Assembly (NCBI RefSeq): GCF_009834535.1
Contig: NC_045697.1
Span: 84,136,001 to 84,200,000 of the forward strand
From: Camelus ferus
Taxonomy: Eukaryota
DNA: 64,000 nucleotides
Direction: 5' to 3'
The position numbers were made by a program, and so were the translations under genes. How positions within the stretch are numbered: position 1 is the first letter of the stretch; every line of letters begins with the position of its first letter. Below the pieces are notes generated by a model. The model saw only the letters and a program-made list of their open reading frames with translations, did not search any database and was not told the origin of the DNA. Below are positions 11,777 through 23,196 of the stretch, one piece after another.

Positions 11777-12317
11777 CCCACAATGTATCAAACACTACTC
11801 TTGGTGCTAGGGATACAGCAGAGAACAAAACAGGCAATAATTCATGCCTTCATGGCATTCACACAAATATAGAAGACAATGATTAGTATTATGGAGAAAA
11901 ATAAATCTGGGAGGATGAAGAATTCTGCGGGAAGAAGGTGTATTTTTTTTAATAAGGTGACAAGGAATGATTCACTGAGAATGTGGCACTGAGTAAAGGG
12001 CTGAGGTGGTTTGGGAGACAGCCATGTGCATTTGTGGAAGAGCATGTTCTTCTCAGAGGGCACAGCCTGAAATATTTGAGAAAAGCAAATAAGACAGGAT
12101 CTAGAGCAGCAAGCGTAATTACGACAGAATAGGTGGTGTGGTCAGTGAGTTATTAGGTAATATGATTGCGGAGGATATTTTTAGTCCATTCTTGGGACTG
12201 GATTTTACTCTAAAGAACAATTGGAGCATTCTGAGTAGACGAGTAAAATTTGATTTTGATTTTTAAAGTGTCCTAGCGACCTTTCAAGAACAGATCTAAG
12301 TGAGATACATGTGGAAA

Positions 12318-12947
12318 TGTTACTGAACCAGATCTGTCTGTTGGGCCCACAGCAAGTCAATCGCTGAGATGCAGAGGTTTGCAACTGAGAAAGAGAATAT
12401 TAACAAGGCATCCGGTGAGGAGACGGAACAAGATCTGCCTCCTTGAAGGTGAGGGGGGTGGATTATTTACTGGAGAAGCAGGGTGGTATTAGGCATGGGG
12501 AAGGTGATTAGAGGTAGGGGAAAAAATGTAAGTTTTTGTGCAGGTGTATCGGGGTTATATTCTTTTGCACATTCAAAAATGGAGGTGCTTAGCCTGAGCT
12601 GAGGTGGGGTTTTCTGGCCTTCTGATATCAAAATACCATTCATTGGACACCTGCAGAGGTCCAGTTTTAGGGTAGGTGGTCTAACCAGTCTCAGCCAGCT
12701 CACACCCAACAAAAGCTGACTCCAAGTTCCTGTAAAACAACTGGGCAATGTGAAGCTGGGAAGATATTCAGTTAAAGAGATGAAAAGAAAGAAAGAAAAA
12801 CAATAACTAAAGCAAACTTAATCAGCGAAGGCAGTTTACAAGCAGAGGGGTTTTAATGAGCTGTTCCCCTATCTGTTGCCCTGCAAGACAAGCTCAAGAA
12901 TTTCTGTTAGTCATCAGCTTTTGTTAACTCTATGGGGCATGGATTCA
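12318..12947 (-). mobile_element. Solo LTR E, ERV1-class, 630 bp
   Basis: TGTTACTGAACC...GGATTCA with 4-bp TSD GAAA (12314-12317, 12948-12951); interrupts the L2; orientation inferred by analogy with LTR B. Confidence 0.8.
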
Positions 12948-13236
12948 GAAACAGAAAATTGGCTTTGAGGTTACTGCAATAATCTAGGCAAGAGAAATGG
13001 ATCAGAGTGATTAACAGTGGAGGTGGTGAGAAGGGATCAGTTTCTGGATTTATTTTGAAGCCTTCAAAATCTAGGATATACTCAGAATTTTCTCACCAGA
13101 TTTGATAAGGAGTACGAAAGAAAGAGAAAAGAACAAGAGATGAATGAGTATAGGTAGAAAAAAGAAGAAGTTCAAAGAGTGGGCCCTGGCATTTCAGTAT
13201 TAAGAGCTTGGGTTGCTGAATAGAAACCAGCAGAGG

Positions 13237-14297
13237 ATCTCACCCAGTCTCAAGGCTTTAAATATCATACAAGTGCTGACAAATCTCAAATTTATATTTC
13301 TAACTCAGACTTCTTCCCTGAAATTCAAGCTCATATATCCCATTGGCTACTTCATATCTTCACGTGGATGTCTAACAGCCATCTCAAAATAAACATTTCC
13401 AAATTTGAGCCTTTGACATTTTCCCTAGAACTCAATCCTATCAGTCTTCTAAAACTCAGAGAATGGAAACTATTCTTCCCATTGCTTAGGTCCCCAAACT
13501 TGGGGTCATTTCTCCCTCTATCTTATATCCAATTCATCTACAAATTCTGTTGGTTCTACTTCCAAAATATATCCAGAATCTGACCACTTCTCACCACCTA
13601 CACTACTCCCCAGACTGGACCAAGTCACCACCATCTCTTGCCTAGATTACTGCAACAGCCTTCCTGAGTGGTCTGTTCTTGCTCCACTGTGCTCTTTTCT
13701 ACAAAAAGCAACCAGTGTGGTCCTATTAGATCTGCAATTATATCACATCACTTCTCTAGAAAAGACCCCCTAGCAGCTTCCCATCCTAGAGTAAAACCAA
13801 AGTCCTTATGATGGCTGATGAGGCCTAGATTACTTCTGACCTATCTCCTAACTTCTCTCTCTCTTACTGTGTCCTAGTCATACTAGCTTCTTCACTTTTC
13901 TCAAATATGCTAGACATGCTACCACTTCAGGGCCTTTGTACTTGTTCCTTTTTGTTTGGATGTTCTTTTCCTAGTATATCTTCATGGCTTCCTCGTGCAT
14001 CTCCTTCAGATCTTTACTTGAATGTCTTCTCAGTGAGACTTTCCTTAGTCATTCTATCTAAAATTAGAATCCCTCCATCCAACAGTGCTGCCTGCCTTCC
14101 CTCTTTTATTTCTTATTACTTATCATTATTTAACATATAGTATATTTTAATTGTTAATCTTGCCCTATGCCTATTTCTCCCACTAGAATTTAAGTTCTGT
14201 GAGGGTGAGAATTTAAAAAATTTTATTTACTACTCACTGTCTAGAATAGTAACTAATATATGATAGTTACTCAATAAAAGTTTGTTGAGAGAATAAA
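13237..14297 (+). mobile_element. L2 LINE (L2a-like) 3' region
   Basis: cttcacgtggatgtctaacagccatctcaaa...caaaatatatccagaatctgaccacttctcaccacc...cagggcctttgtacttg...ctcaataaaagtttgttgagagaataaa. Confidence 0.85.
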
Positions 14298-16521
14298 CTA
14301 GGGAGGAACAGAGGACGAACACCAGGAGTATATGTTTTTCTGGAATCAAGAAAGAAAGCTTTTTAAGAAAAAGTTAATACTGATGCAGTTTTGACATAAG
14401 ATGTATGTGCTTATTTGAGATGTGTTGAGGTTGTGTTTGCAAGGCATGCACACCATTTCAGCTTGAAGAGCTTTGATACAAAATAAGGGAGCTAAAGGTT
14501 CCCTAACCAACATCACTTCTTGACCTACCAATGCAGAAGATGGAATCAAGAGGTAAGAATGGAGGTTGGATGGTTAAGCTAATGGTGCTGAAAGGAACTA
14601 ATATACATTACATTTCCCCTACGTGCCAAGTGTTATGCTAGCTATCCAGCAAATATCTGCCACATGTTTACCATGTGCCAGCACTATTTAAGCACTGGGG
14701 TTACAAAGTGACTTGATCTACTAGGGAATAAAACACTAGAGCCTTGTAGAACAAGGATATTGAACATAATAATAGATGTATTCTACATATAAATATAAGG
14801 CAACATAAGCCCAGAAGAGCAAGTAGCCCAAGAGCAAGCACAAACCAGAGAACGTTTCAAGGAATTGGAAATATTTATAGAAGCAGACCATAGAAAAATC
14901 AGAGAAGACTCACCAAGTAAGGAAACTCATCAGGTAAAGGGAAAAACTATGGTTAGCAAAACTTTTAAGTTCCAAAACAATGACCATGGGTAGAGACTTT
15001 AGAGTTTACCAACCTCAAGCCCAAACCTAGCTTGAATATAATCCTGTCAGTTGTATAAAATTAAAAACAAGAGAGAAGAGCAAGGAGACTGGGACTGCAG
15101 TTGCTTACAATGTTTGCTCCTTGCTTGAAATAGAGAGCAAGGACTGAAACAAGAATAGCTGTATATCCACTCAACACACATTGACTAGTCACCACCCAAC
15201 CTAACAAGATCTGTCTTAGGAGCCAACAATCAGATTATCATCTCTTCTCTTTCTCTGGGTAACAGGGGTAAGGTTGAGGTAGACTTCTATTCTCCCAACA
15301 TAAAAATGACTTGAGAGCTTGATTATATTTTAAGAGGGAAAAGGAAGAAAGAGGATTCTAGGATGTTTCCTGGCTTCGTCTACTGGGTAGGTGGTGATGA
15401 CTATACTGTCTGAGATTGGGAATTCAGGGTGAGGAGCTCATATAAGAGGAAGGATGATAAGGGCAGTTTGGGGCATGTTAATGTTGAGATGTTTGTGGAA
15501 CACCAAAATGAGGGTTCAGGTAGCAATCTGGAATACAGGAAAGAAGGCCTGGAGATAGGCTAGGATCTGACATCTATATGGTCACTTGCGACTGTCTCCA
15601 AAGTAATTTCAATGAACAGATGAGGCACAGCCTAAGACTAACAGAATTGGGAAGTTGGCATGTCTGGACCTGCTCAGCATGTGGTCTCTGGTAAATCTAC
15701 TCTGATGATGGCGTGCTGGAAAGCCTCCTGATGGCACCACCAGGCCCTGATGCCAAACCCCCAAACACATTTCCTTTTGAAAAACGTTGCATGTCACATA
15801 CTTCTTCCCTCCTACCAGGATTTCTCTCCAATAATCACCCATCACAGACTTACATTTATCATGAAGTGAACCACCCCAAAACTCAAATTATCAGTTTTTA
15901 TTGTTTTACACATCAATATTTGTTTCTCTTTTATCTCCAAACATTCAAGTTTTCCTCTTTCAAGATACACACACACAGGCAACTTGCTTTCCTTTCAGCA
16001 ACTGAACTCTCTCTCCCCTTTAGTTCACTGCTGGTTCTTTTAAATAAGTAGTTTCCATTTGCAGCTTACACTTCCCATCCACTCATTCTTGCCTTAAATC
16101 CCTTCTATGAGGGTTCTGCTACTACCACATTAAAAACTGTCTCTAAATTCTGCCAATGACCTACTCTTTGCTAAATCCAAATACCTTTTCTCATATGTCA
16201 CTCTCTGTAATCTCTGTGTATTGCTTGACAGGACCTTAAAATTCTCTTTTCTCTTGAACTCCTCTCTTTTTTCCTCCAGTTTCTTTAACTGTTTCTGATT
16301 CATCCTTTCATTCACTCACTCATTCAACAAACATTTACTAGGCACTGAAGTTTTTACTCTTACAATGTGTCACAGTTTATGAGAAAAAGTAGTAGGTGGG
16401 TTTGGATTCAGGCAAACTACATGGGAAACCAGTAGATTAGCGGAAGTTTGTATGGGAACATAGAATCAAAGTAAAGAAAAATGTTCATACAATTCAGATT
16501 TTGTTAATGACATTAGGTTCT

Positions 16522-16869
16522 TTTTTTTAACATTTTTTATTGATTTATAATCATTTTACAATGTTGTGTCAAATTCCAGTGTTCAGCACAATTTTTCAGT
16601 TATTCATGGACATATACACACTCATTGTCACATTTTTTTCTCTGTGAGTTATCATAACATTTTGTGTATATTTCCCTGTGCTATACAGTGTAGTCTATTC
16701 TACAATTTTGAAATCCCAGTCTATCCCTTCCCACCCTCCACCCCCCTGGTAACCACAAGTCTGTATTCTCTGTCTGTGAGTCTATTTCTGTCCTTTATTT
16801 ACGCTTTGTTTTTGTTTGTTTGTTTGTTTTTGTTTTTGTTTTTTAGATTCCACATATGAGCGATCTCAT
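16522..16869 (-). mobile_element. Young 5'-truncated L1 3' end with a 15-bp TSD
   Basis: TSD ATGACATTAGGTTCT at 16507-16521 and 16870-16884; poly-T at the left end; L1 3' UTR text (ggtaaccacaagtctgtattctctgtctgtgagtc...ttagattccacatatgag). Confidence 0.9.
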
Positions 16870-17229
16870 ATGACATTAGGTTCTGATGCACAGATAAATC
16901 ACTCTCCCATGTAGGATATATACTTATCAAGTACACCAGATCCTTCACTGTTCGTTTCTGACTGCTTTATTTCTTAGCTATCCCTCTCCTGAGTCACACA
17001 TGTTTTATTTACGTGTATTAATCCCACAGCTCAATTCATATTTGTATCCTTCTCCGTAAAGGAACTATTCTACTTTTTCTATCTATGTGACCTTCAACAT
17101 GTGACTTAACCTCTCTGTGCCTGTGTGTCTGTACACAGGGATTCAGCTATTATTTTTTAAGGTAAATTTACATATTTTGATTGTCATCCTTTCATATGTT
17201 TATGCTAAAGTTAAACTTTTTGATAATAA

Positions 17230-17420
17230 TTATAATAATAATGGCTAACATTTATTACACACTTAATATGTGCCAGGCATTGTGACAAGCACTATGACAT
17301 GTAGTAGCCTTACGATGTTGATATTATGATTGTCCTTATTTTATAGCCATGCTGCTGAGACTCTAGCATATGATACACGGCTGGCAAGTCCAGATTCTGT
17401 CACTAAATTTCTTTACCATA
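17230..17420 (-). mobile_element. MIR SINE
   Basis: ataataatggctaacatttattacacacttaatatgtgccaggcattgtgacaagcac. Confidence 0.6.
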
Positions 17421-20400
17421 CATTCTTAAAAAAAAAAAAACAACAGAAAAACCTCTCAAAACTTCATGTTTTCCTTAATGAACTTTGATTTAATTAGGCC
17501 ATGATAAATTTGTATATAAAAGTAGCGATAACTTCTTGCAGGTGAGAAAACTGTCAAAGAAAATGCTTCTGCAGACCATAGGAAAAATACAGGCTGGCTT
17601 GAATTGTGAAAGGAAATGTGACAAAATTCTGGATAAATGCTGGGATTATGCAAGCAAAGGAAAAAAAAAGTTTGCAAGTTTTCTTTGGCAACTTGGTTCT
17701 TAATATTCCTGTACATGAAACCTTCTTTCTTTCCAAGTTCCCAACCCTGTTACATTAGCTTCTGTCCTTAACAAGCTTTTCATTGGGCTTTGTTTACCTC
17801 TCCTTTTCTCCCCAGTTTACCTTAAGGCTTAATTTAAGAGCCTAGAAGGAAATGCTTAAGTAAAAGAAATAAACTTGCAGAGGAAGACAGGTAAAACACT
17901 GGGCTTGCTTAAAAATGGATTACTTTGATGGAGTTGGATTTGATACTTATTTTTGGCAGTGAAGGTGGTAAGTGTGTTTGTGTGTGTGGTACACGGGCCA
18001 GGAAAGGAAGGAGAGGTCTGCACAGCAATGACACGTTTCCATTGTTTATGTTCAGCATTTTAATAACGTTAGTATTTGCACAGCTGAAGGAAAGGAAAGC
18101 ACCCTGAGAACAGACACCATGAGGAACCCTAGAAGTTTGCAAACCAGGAAAACATGAGTTGGGAAAGAGCCATAAATGTTAATAAGTAAAAATCACCTCA
18201 GCCAAGACAAACCTAGTGTTGGGATGCTAAATTTCAAATGGAATCAAAAAGGAGCTCGTTGAAATAATTATTCTGACAATTCTCAACTCTGCTTCTTTAT
18301 TTTTGTCATGAAGATATCAATACAGAGATATTCAGAGATCAGGAAGTTGGAGATTGCTGCACGGTATAGTGAAAACACAAAAAGCCTTTAAATGAGACAA
18401 AACAACTTTTAGTTCCGTTTCCATACTTTACAAGTATGATGCATAGGGGATTTTACTTAATCTCTCAGAACCTCCATCTCCTCATCTGCTAAACAAAGGC
18501 AACGCTTAGCAAACATTAAGGAAATAGTGGCTGTAATAGTTCCTCTTACTATTAGTTGCTGCCCTCAGGCCTCTATCTGTCTTGTACTGTCTCACTTTGG
18601 CCAGTAGGATAATCACCACAGCTCTGCTTATAATGATTCTGACCTGGCTGTGGGGTGGCAAGGGGATCAACTGTCAACAGGATCCTCCTCAATATAGGAA
18701 AATAGAAACAATGGAAGGCATGACAAGCCAATTAGCCATTAAGGAGAATGCATAGGGCTTTTTGCACAAACCAAAGCCCATGCTTCCACAGACAGCCTAA
18801 CCAGCTGTGAGTTTTCACGCATTTGTTATCTCTTCAAACAGATTCTTTCCTTTCAGGGTTACTACCATATCGGAGGCCCTGAAGCCTGGTAAAGAACTGA
18901 TCATCCTCTCAGATTTGTCACTCAGCGCTGGCCTGCCTGCTGCCCTGTTTGAGTTCTGTGTGCATTAATCCAGAACTGAGCCTGAGTAATGGTAATGTGC
19001 TGTCTGCCCACCTAGCAGACATTCAGTCCCCACATCCTGGGCCCATGGATCCTGCCCTAATCTCCAACTGCCCACAGCCACCTAATATAGACTGAAAATG
19101 GGACAAGGAGAAGCACAGAATTAAAAAACAAGTGCTCAGTCAGACGAAGATCAATGTAGACCTTGTTTACCATTTGGCTATGGGGCTCATGTTTACCACC
19201 GGCTGAATAAGGTTGCTTTTCATGGGGCCTCATGGTGTGGATTTTTGTTAGGTGGTATACTGGCAGTAAAATTCACCTTAGTTAATCTTTTTTCTCTTCT
19301 AGCAAGTGGTAAAAGAGTTGGAAATTCAACTGTGGCAGGCCAGAAATGGAAATAATTTGGTTAAAGAGGTGTTGAAAATCTCTGCCAGAAACTTCTTCCT
19401 CACTAGCCTCCCAAGGCACCAAGTTCTACCATTAGAATCCCATTATTTTGCCTACAAGAAAAGATCCTATCTTGTCTTTAGCACCAATTAGTTTAAAATA
19501 CTTAGGACTTTGAGGGGAAAATAAAGTATTACTATGTTGAAACTGAGTTTGGAAGATGCTTCAAGGACAGGAATGATTAGTAGGAGCAGTGTAAGTACTG
19601 AGACCCTGGGGGTAAGAGGGATCCTTTTTTAGGGTACAGTGTGTGCGTGTGGGTGTGGAGGGCACCAAGAGAGGCGGGCAACCCTGGGTCTTAGAGGTGG
19701 GAGGGTGGGGGCTGCAGACAAAAGGAGATTGCAATATGACAGATTTGAAGGATGTTTAATCTAGAGCCAGACCTCTGTGCAGATGAAACAGAAATATATT
19801 AACTGACTTGATTTAAAATTTAAATGCACTGGCTTTCAGAATGGACCACCTGAAAATGCTGTATAATAATCATTAAAGTTATTTTTAAAATTTAGCCTTT
19901 GTGTCATGAAGCAAATGGATCGTATACACTATCTTAAAGCTACAATACTAGTGATTTATTCTTCCTTTTTTTCAGAACAAATAATAACTCAAAAACCAGA
20001 AAGCTGTCAGAGATATGTATAAATGAGCTTAAAAAATAAGGCAAAACAATTTTAGGTATAATTGAGAAATAAAAACAAGTAAGTTATATTCTTCAAAACT
20101 TCTAAAATCTTTTAAAATAATTTCCTTTCATTTTGGAAACCAGAGTCAACATAACAATTATTGTCTGCTACAGACATCATTTCAACCTGTAAAACTGTGC
20201 ATAATCCCAAATTGGAAATATATAAAAGTGACCAAATAGGAGTCTTCGTGAGTATATTTTTATTTTTTTCTGAATAATGTGGTTGATTGTTCGAAGGTCT
20301 AAATCTTTCACATTGCAGGAATAAAACAGTTAAGGAAAAATTAACCCTTACTAAATTTTTATTAAGTATCATGAATGTCTAAAATTGTTACATATAAAAT

Positions 20401-20854
20401 GTTCATGGTCATGTGGTAGATACTGGTACCTCCACTTTACTGATGAGAAAACGTAGAGTTTGAGACTTGACAAAGAGCACACCACAGTAAATGCTAAAGC
20501 CAGGAATATATTGGCAATTGAGAGATCTTGAGAGAGAATTTCAATTCATTGGTTCTGGCTAAATGGTTTTCACTGGCACTTAAGTAACAGCGTCAATGCA
20601 AATATTTGCTTAGAAGCAATTGCAATAGGTTAGCTTAAACCTACCATTTACTACCTTGAACTGTCAGTCCTATGATCAGGCACCTCTTTCAGTCTCATAC
20701 AAAACAACTTCGCCCTTAAGTAGCCACTATCTTCTTATATTTAAGTGACTGCTCACTTACTACAATTCTATTTTTCCATAAGTGTTTGACATGACAGGAA
20801 AAAATCCCAAACTCAAGCCAAACCTTAAGTTCATTCCACAATTAATCTCCAACT

Positions 20855-21760
20855 CACTCATTTATTTGTTCATTCAATGAATATTGAGTGCCCACCAAAA
20901 TGCTAGACACAATTTTTGCTGCTTAAGATATAAAGCCAAAGTCTTTATGAAGTTCATATTTTAACAGGAAAAAGTGATACCAGAGACTGATAGATACATA
21001 TAGATAAAATAATGTTGATCTGTTCTTGTGGCAAAAACTGAGTTTTCACCCAGTAACTACTACCTTCTTTGTCAGTAAGTTACTCTCTGAATTTTAACTG
21101 GGCACATGGCCACTCAGAATAAAACCTACATTTCCCGACCTTTCTTGAGCTATGTGTGGTTATATGACTAAGTTCTGCCAAAGAGATACAAACAAGAGGT
21201 GTGAGCAATATCAGGCCATGTTCTAAAGGAATGTTAGTGTGCCTTTCTCATTACTTTTTCTTTTTCCTATTGACTGAAATAAGAGCATGCCTACTGGAGC
21301 TGAAGCAGACATTTAGGCCCAAGGGTCTGCATTTTAGGGACAATGGAGCAAAAAGTTAGAAGGTGACTGAGCTCCTGATGATTACATCAATCACACCAAC
21401 CCTAGATTATTTACCTCTGGACTAAGTTTATGTGTGAGAAAAACAAACTTTCACCTTTTTGAAATGTCTGTTTTTGGGGTTTTGTGTCATATTGATTTTA
21501 CTTTAATCTTAACTATTCCAAAAATATTTTTTAAATAGAGCAGTGTAAGGGACTAGAGAGTGACACCATGTGATATTTTAGACAGAGTGACTGGGGAAGG
21601 ACTTTATGAGGAATCAATAGTTGAGGAGAGTCCTGAATGCATGAGTGAGCCAAGTGATAGGGGAGAGTGCGTTCCAGGAGGTGGGAAGTAGTAGAAGTGA
21701 AAGCTCAGATATGGGAACCCGCTTCTGTGTTCAAACGCCAGCAAGGATGCCAACGTGACC
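20855..21760 (-). mobile_element. L2 fragment with a nested MLT1-type LTR (about 21020-21520)
   Basis: L2 tail cattcaatgaatattgagtgcc; MLT1-like ctacatttccc...gtgtggttatatgactaagttctgcc; L2 text resumes after 21530. Confidence 0.6.
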
Positions 21761-22339
21761 CAGCTTCCTAACCTCTTATCCTGTCTCCCAGACAGGAATC
21801 CTTGACTCCAGACTTGCAGAGATCAGTTAACTTTGCAGGTACTGTTCTCTGCAGGGTCTCTTCAAAGAGCATAACCCAGGTACAAGTCTAAGCTTTTACA
21901 CAGAGAGCCTCAAGGCTCAACCTCTAACGCCCATTCTAAAATGCTTCCTGCTCAACTATTGCCAATTTTTCTGAACCGAGCGTTGGTTCTCACTCTTGCT
22001 TAAGGAATGGCACTATTGGTCCACAACACATTGCTTTCTTTCTTCTTGAAACTCCATAGGTAGTATTGACAATACTTTCATTTTAATAGTTAATAATCTA
22101 TCATTCTGTTCTAATTCATGTGTGTATCTTTTGCCACGTCAATTAAGATGTAGTGTAAAAGCTACAAATTAAGAAGTTTAAAAAACCCCTTTGCGCTAGT
22201 ATCTCTTCAAACAGAAGGTGCTCCATAAAAACTTTCTGCTTGTTCATTCAACCATCTCACAAACTAGAAACACAATGGAGAGAACCTAATCTTTCTTGGT
22301 GCCTCCCTTTAGCCAGGAAGATATGAGTAGCTGAAGTAT

Positions 22340-22455
22340 TTCGTGCTATATATAGTCAGTTGATGTCAGCTGGATGCCAGTCTCTTCAGAAAGGCTCAGT
22401 CCCCAGTTTGAGTCAGATCTAGGGACCATGCCGTCCCAGGCACAAGGATAAAAAC
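22340..22455 (+). promoter_or_regulatory. MYOZ2 proximal promoter: MEF2 site CTATATATAG (22346-22355), E-boxes CAGTTG (22357) and CAGCTG (22367), AP-1 TGAGTCA (22409-22415), GATA/TATA-like GGATAAAAA (22446)
   Basis: Motifs read directly, clustered within about 110 bp upstream of exon 1 of a striated-muscle gene; no CpG island. Confidence 0.7.
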
Positions 22456-22546
22456 CATCGGGCCCAAGTGCCATCCATATTCCATCTCTAGTTTTTCCTC
22501 CACAAATTGGGATTCATCCTGTTGAAAAGCACGGTCTAAGAGCAAG
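22455..22546 (+). other. MYOZ2: MYOZ2 exon 1 (5' UTR, non-coding; start approximate)
   Basis: Ends in a strong donor AGCAAG|GTGAGT at 22546/22547; contains no ATG; resembles the recalled mammalian MYOZ2 mRNA leader, which continues GGAACAAAAAACC ATG in exon 2. Confidence 0.8.
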
Positions 22547-23120
22547 GTGAGTATACTGTATCCTAAAATGCTTTATTAGTCAGTTGTCCAAAGAAGTTCA
22601 GAGTTGTGACTCATTAATGGGAATTCTTTGCTTTAAGGACAGCTGTTGATGCTAATATTAAAATGCTACAGTCAAAGAGGTCAGGTTTAATCTGGTGTCC
22701 TTTCTTCATTCTTACAGTTTGCTGGAATTGATGTATTGTGATACTGGTACAAATGAAGGCCAGTAAGGAAAACAGCGACAGATTAAAATAAACTGTAGAA
22801 AACAGAGAGGGAGGGGAAAGGAGGCCAGCTCTTTCATTGTTTTTCATGGCCTGATAATCATTGTACTAGTGTAGAGATAAGACTGGGCCTGAAACTCTGA
22901 GAATCAGCCTCTGTTCACTGTGAGATTGCCTGTCAATGAATAGCACACTCTGTCGCCAGACTCGGAATGCGTATTAAAGTCTTTCAGTAGAAAGCAATAA
23001 TAAACTCTTAATAAAGAACAAAGATGCTCTCTTTCAAAAGGATGATTACAAAACACTCCAAATGAGTTCTTCACATTGCCTCAATAACGTCCCTTTATTT
23101 TTAACAGGGAACAAAAAACC

Positions 23121-23196
23121 ATGTTATCACATAATACCATGGTGAAGCAGAGGAAACAGCAAGCATCAGCCATCATGAAGGAAATCCATGGAAATG
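23121..23196 (+). CDS. MYOZ2: Myozenin-2 coding exon 1 (gene exon 2, which begins at 23108): [25 protein letters not shown]+G
   Basis: Acceptor TTTTTTAACAG at 23107, ACCATG start at 23121, donor G|GTATCA at 23197 (phase 1); too short for the ORF track. Confidence 0.95.

Larger units (their letters stand above)
10770..13230 (-). mobile_element. L2 LINE 3' part, interrupted by LTRs C, D and E
   Basis: attcattcatttatt...catttattaagtgc|...caatgtatcaaacact...gtgctagggatacagcagagaacaaaacag is the L2 3' end read antisense; L2-like text resumes at 11777-12317 and 12952-13230. Confidence 0.75.

Noticed and set aside
8796..12947. An intact or partial provirus
   Set aside because: The LTRs differ in sequence and orientation, each has its own TSD, and no primer-binding site or internal coding region follows any of them
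17500..19300. Repeat-poor stretch with scattered E-boxes as an upstream enhancer
   Set aside because: Motif density is no more than chance; cannot be supported without conservation or chromatin data
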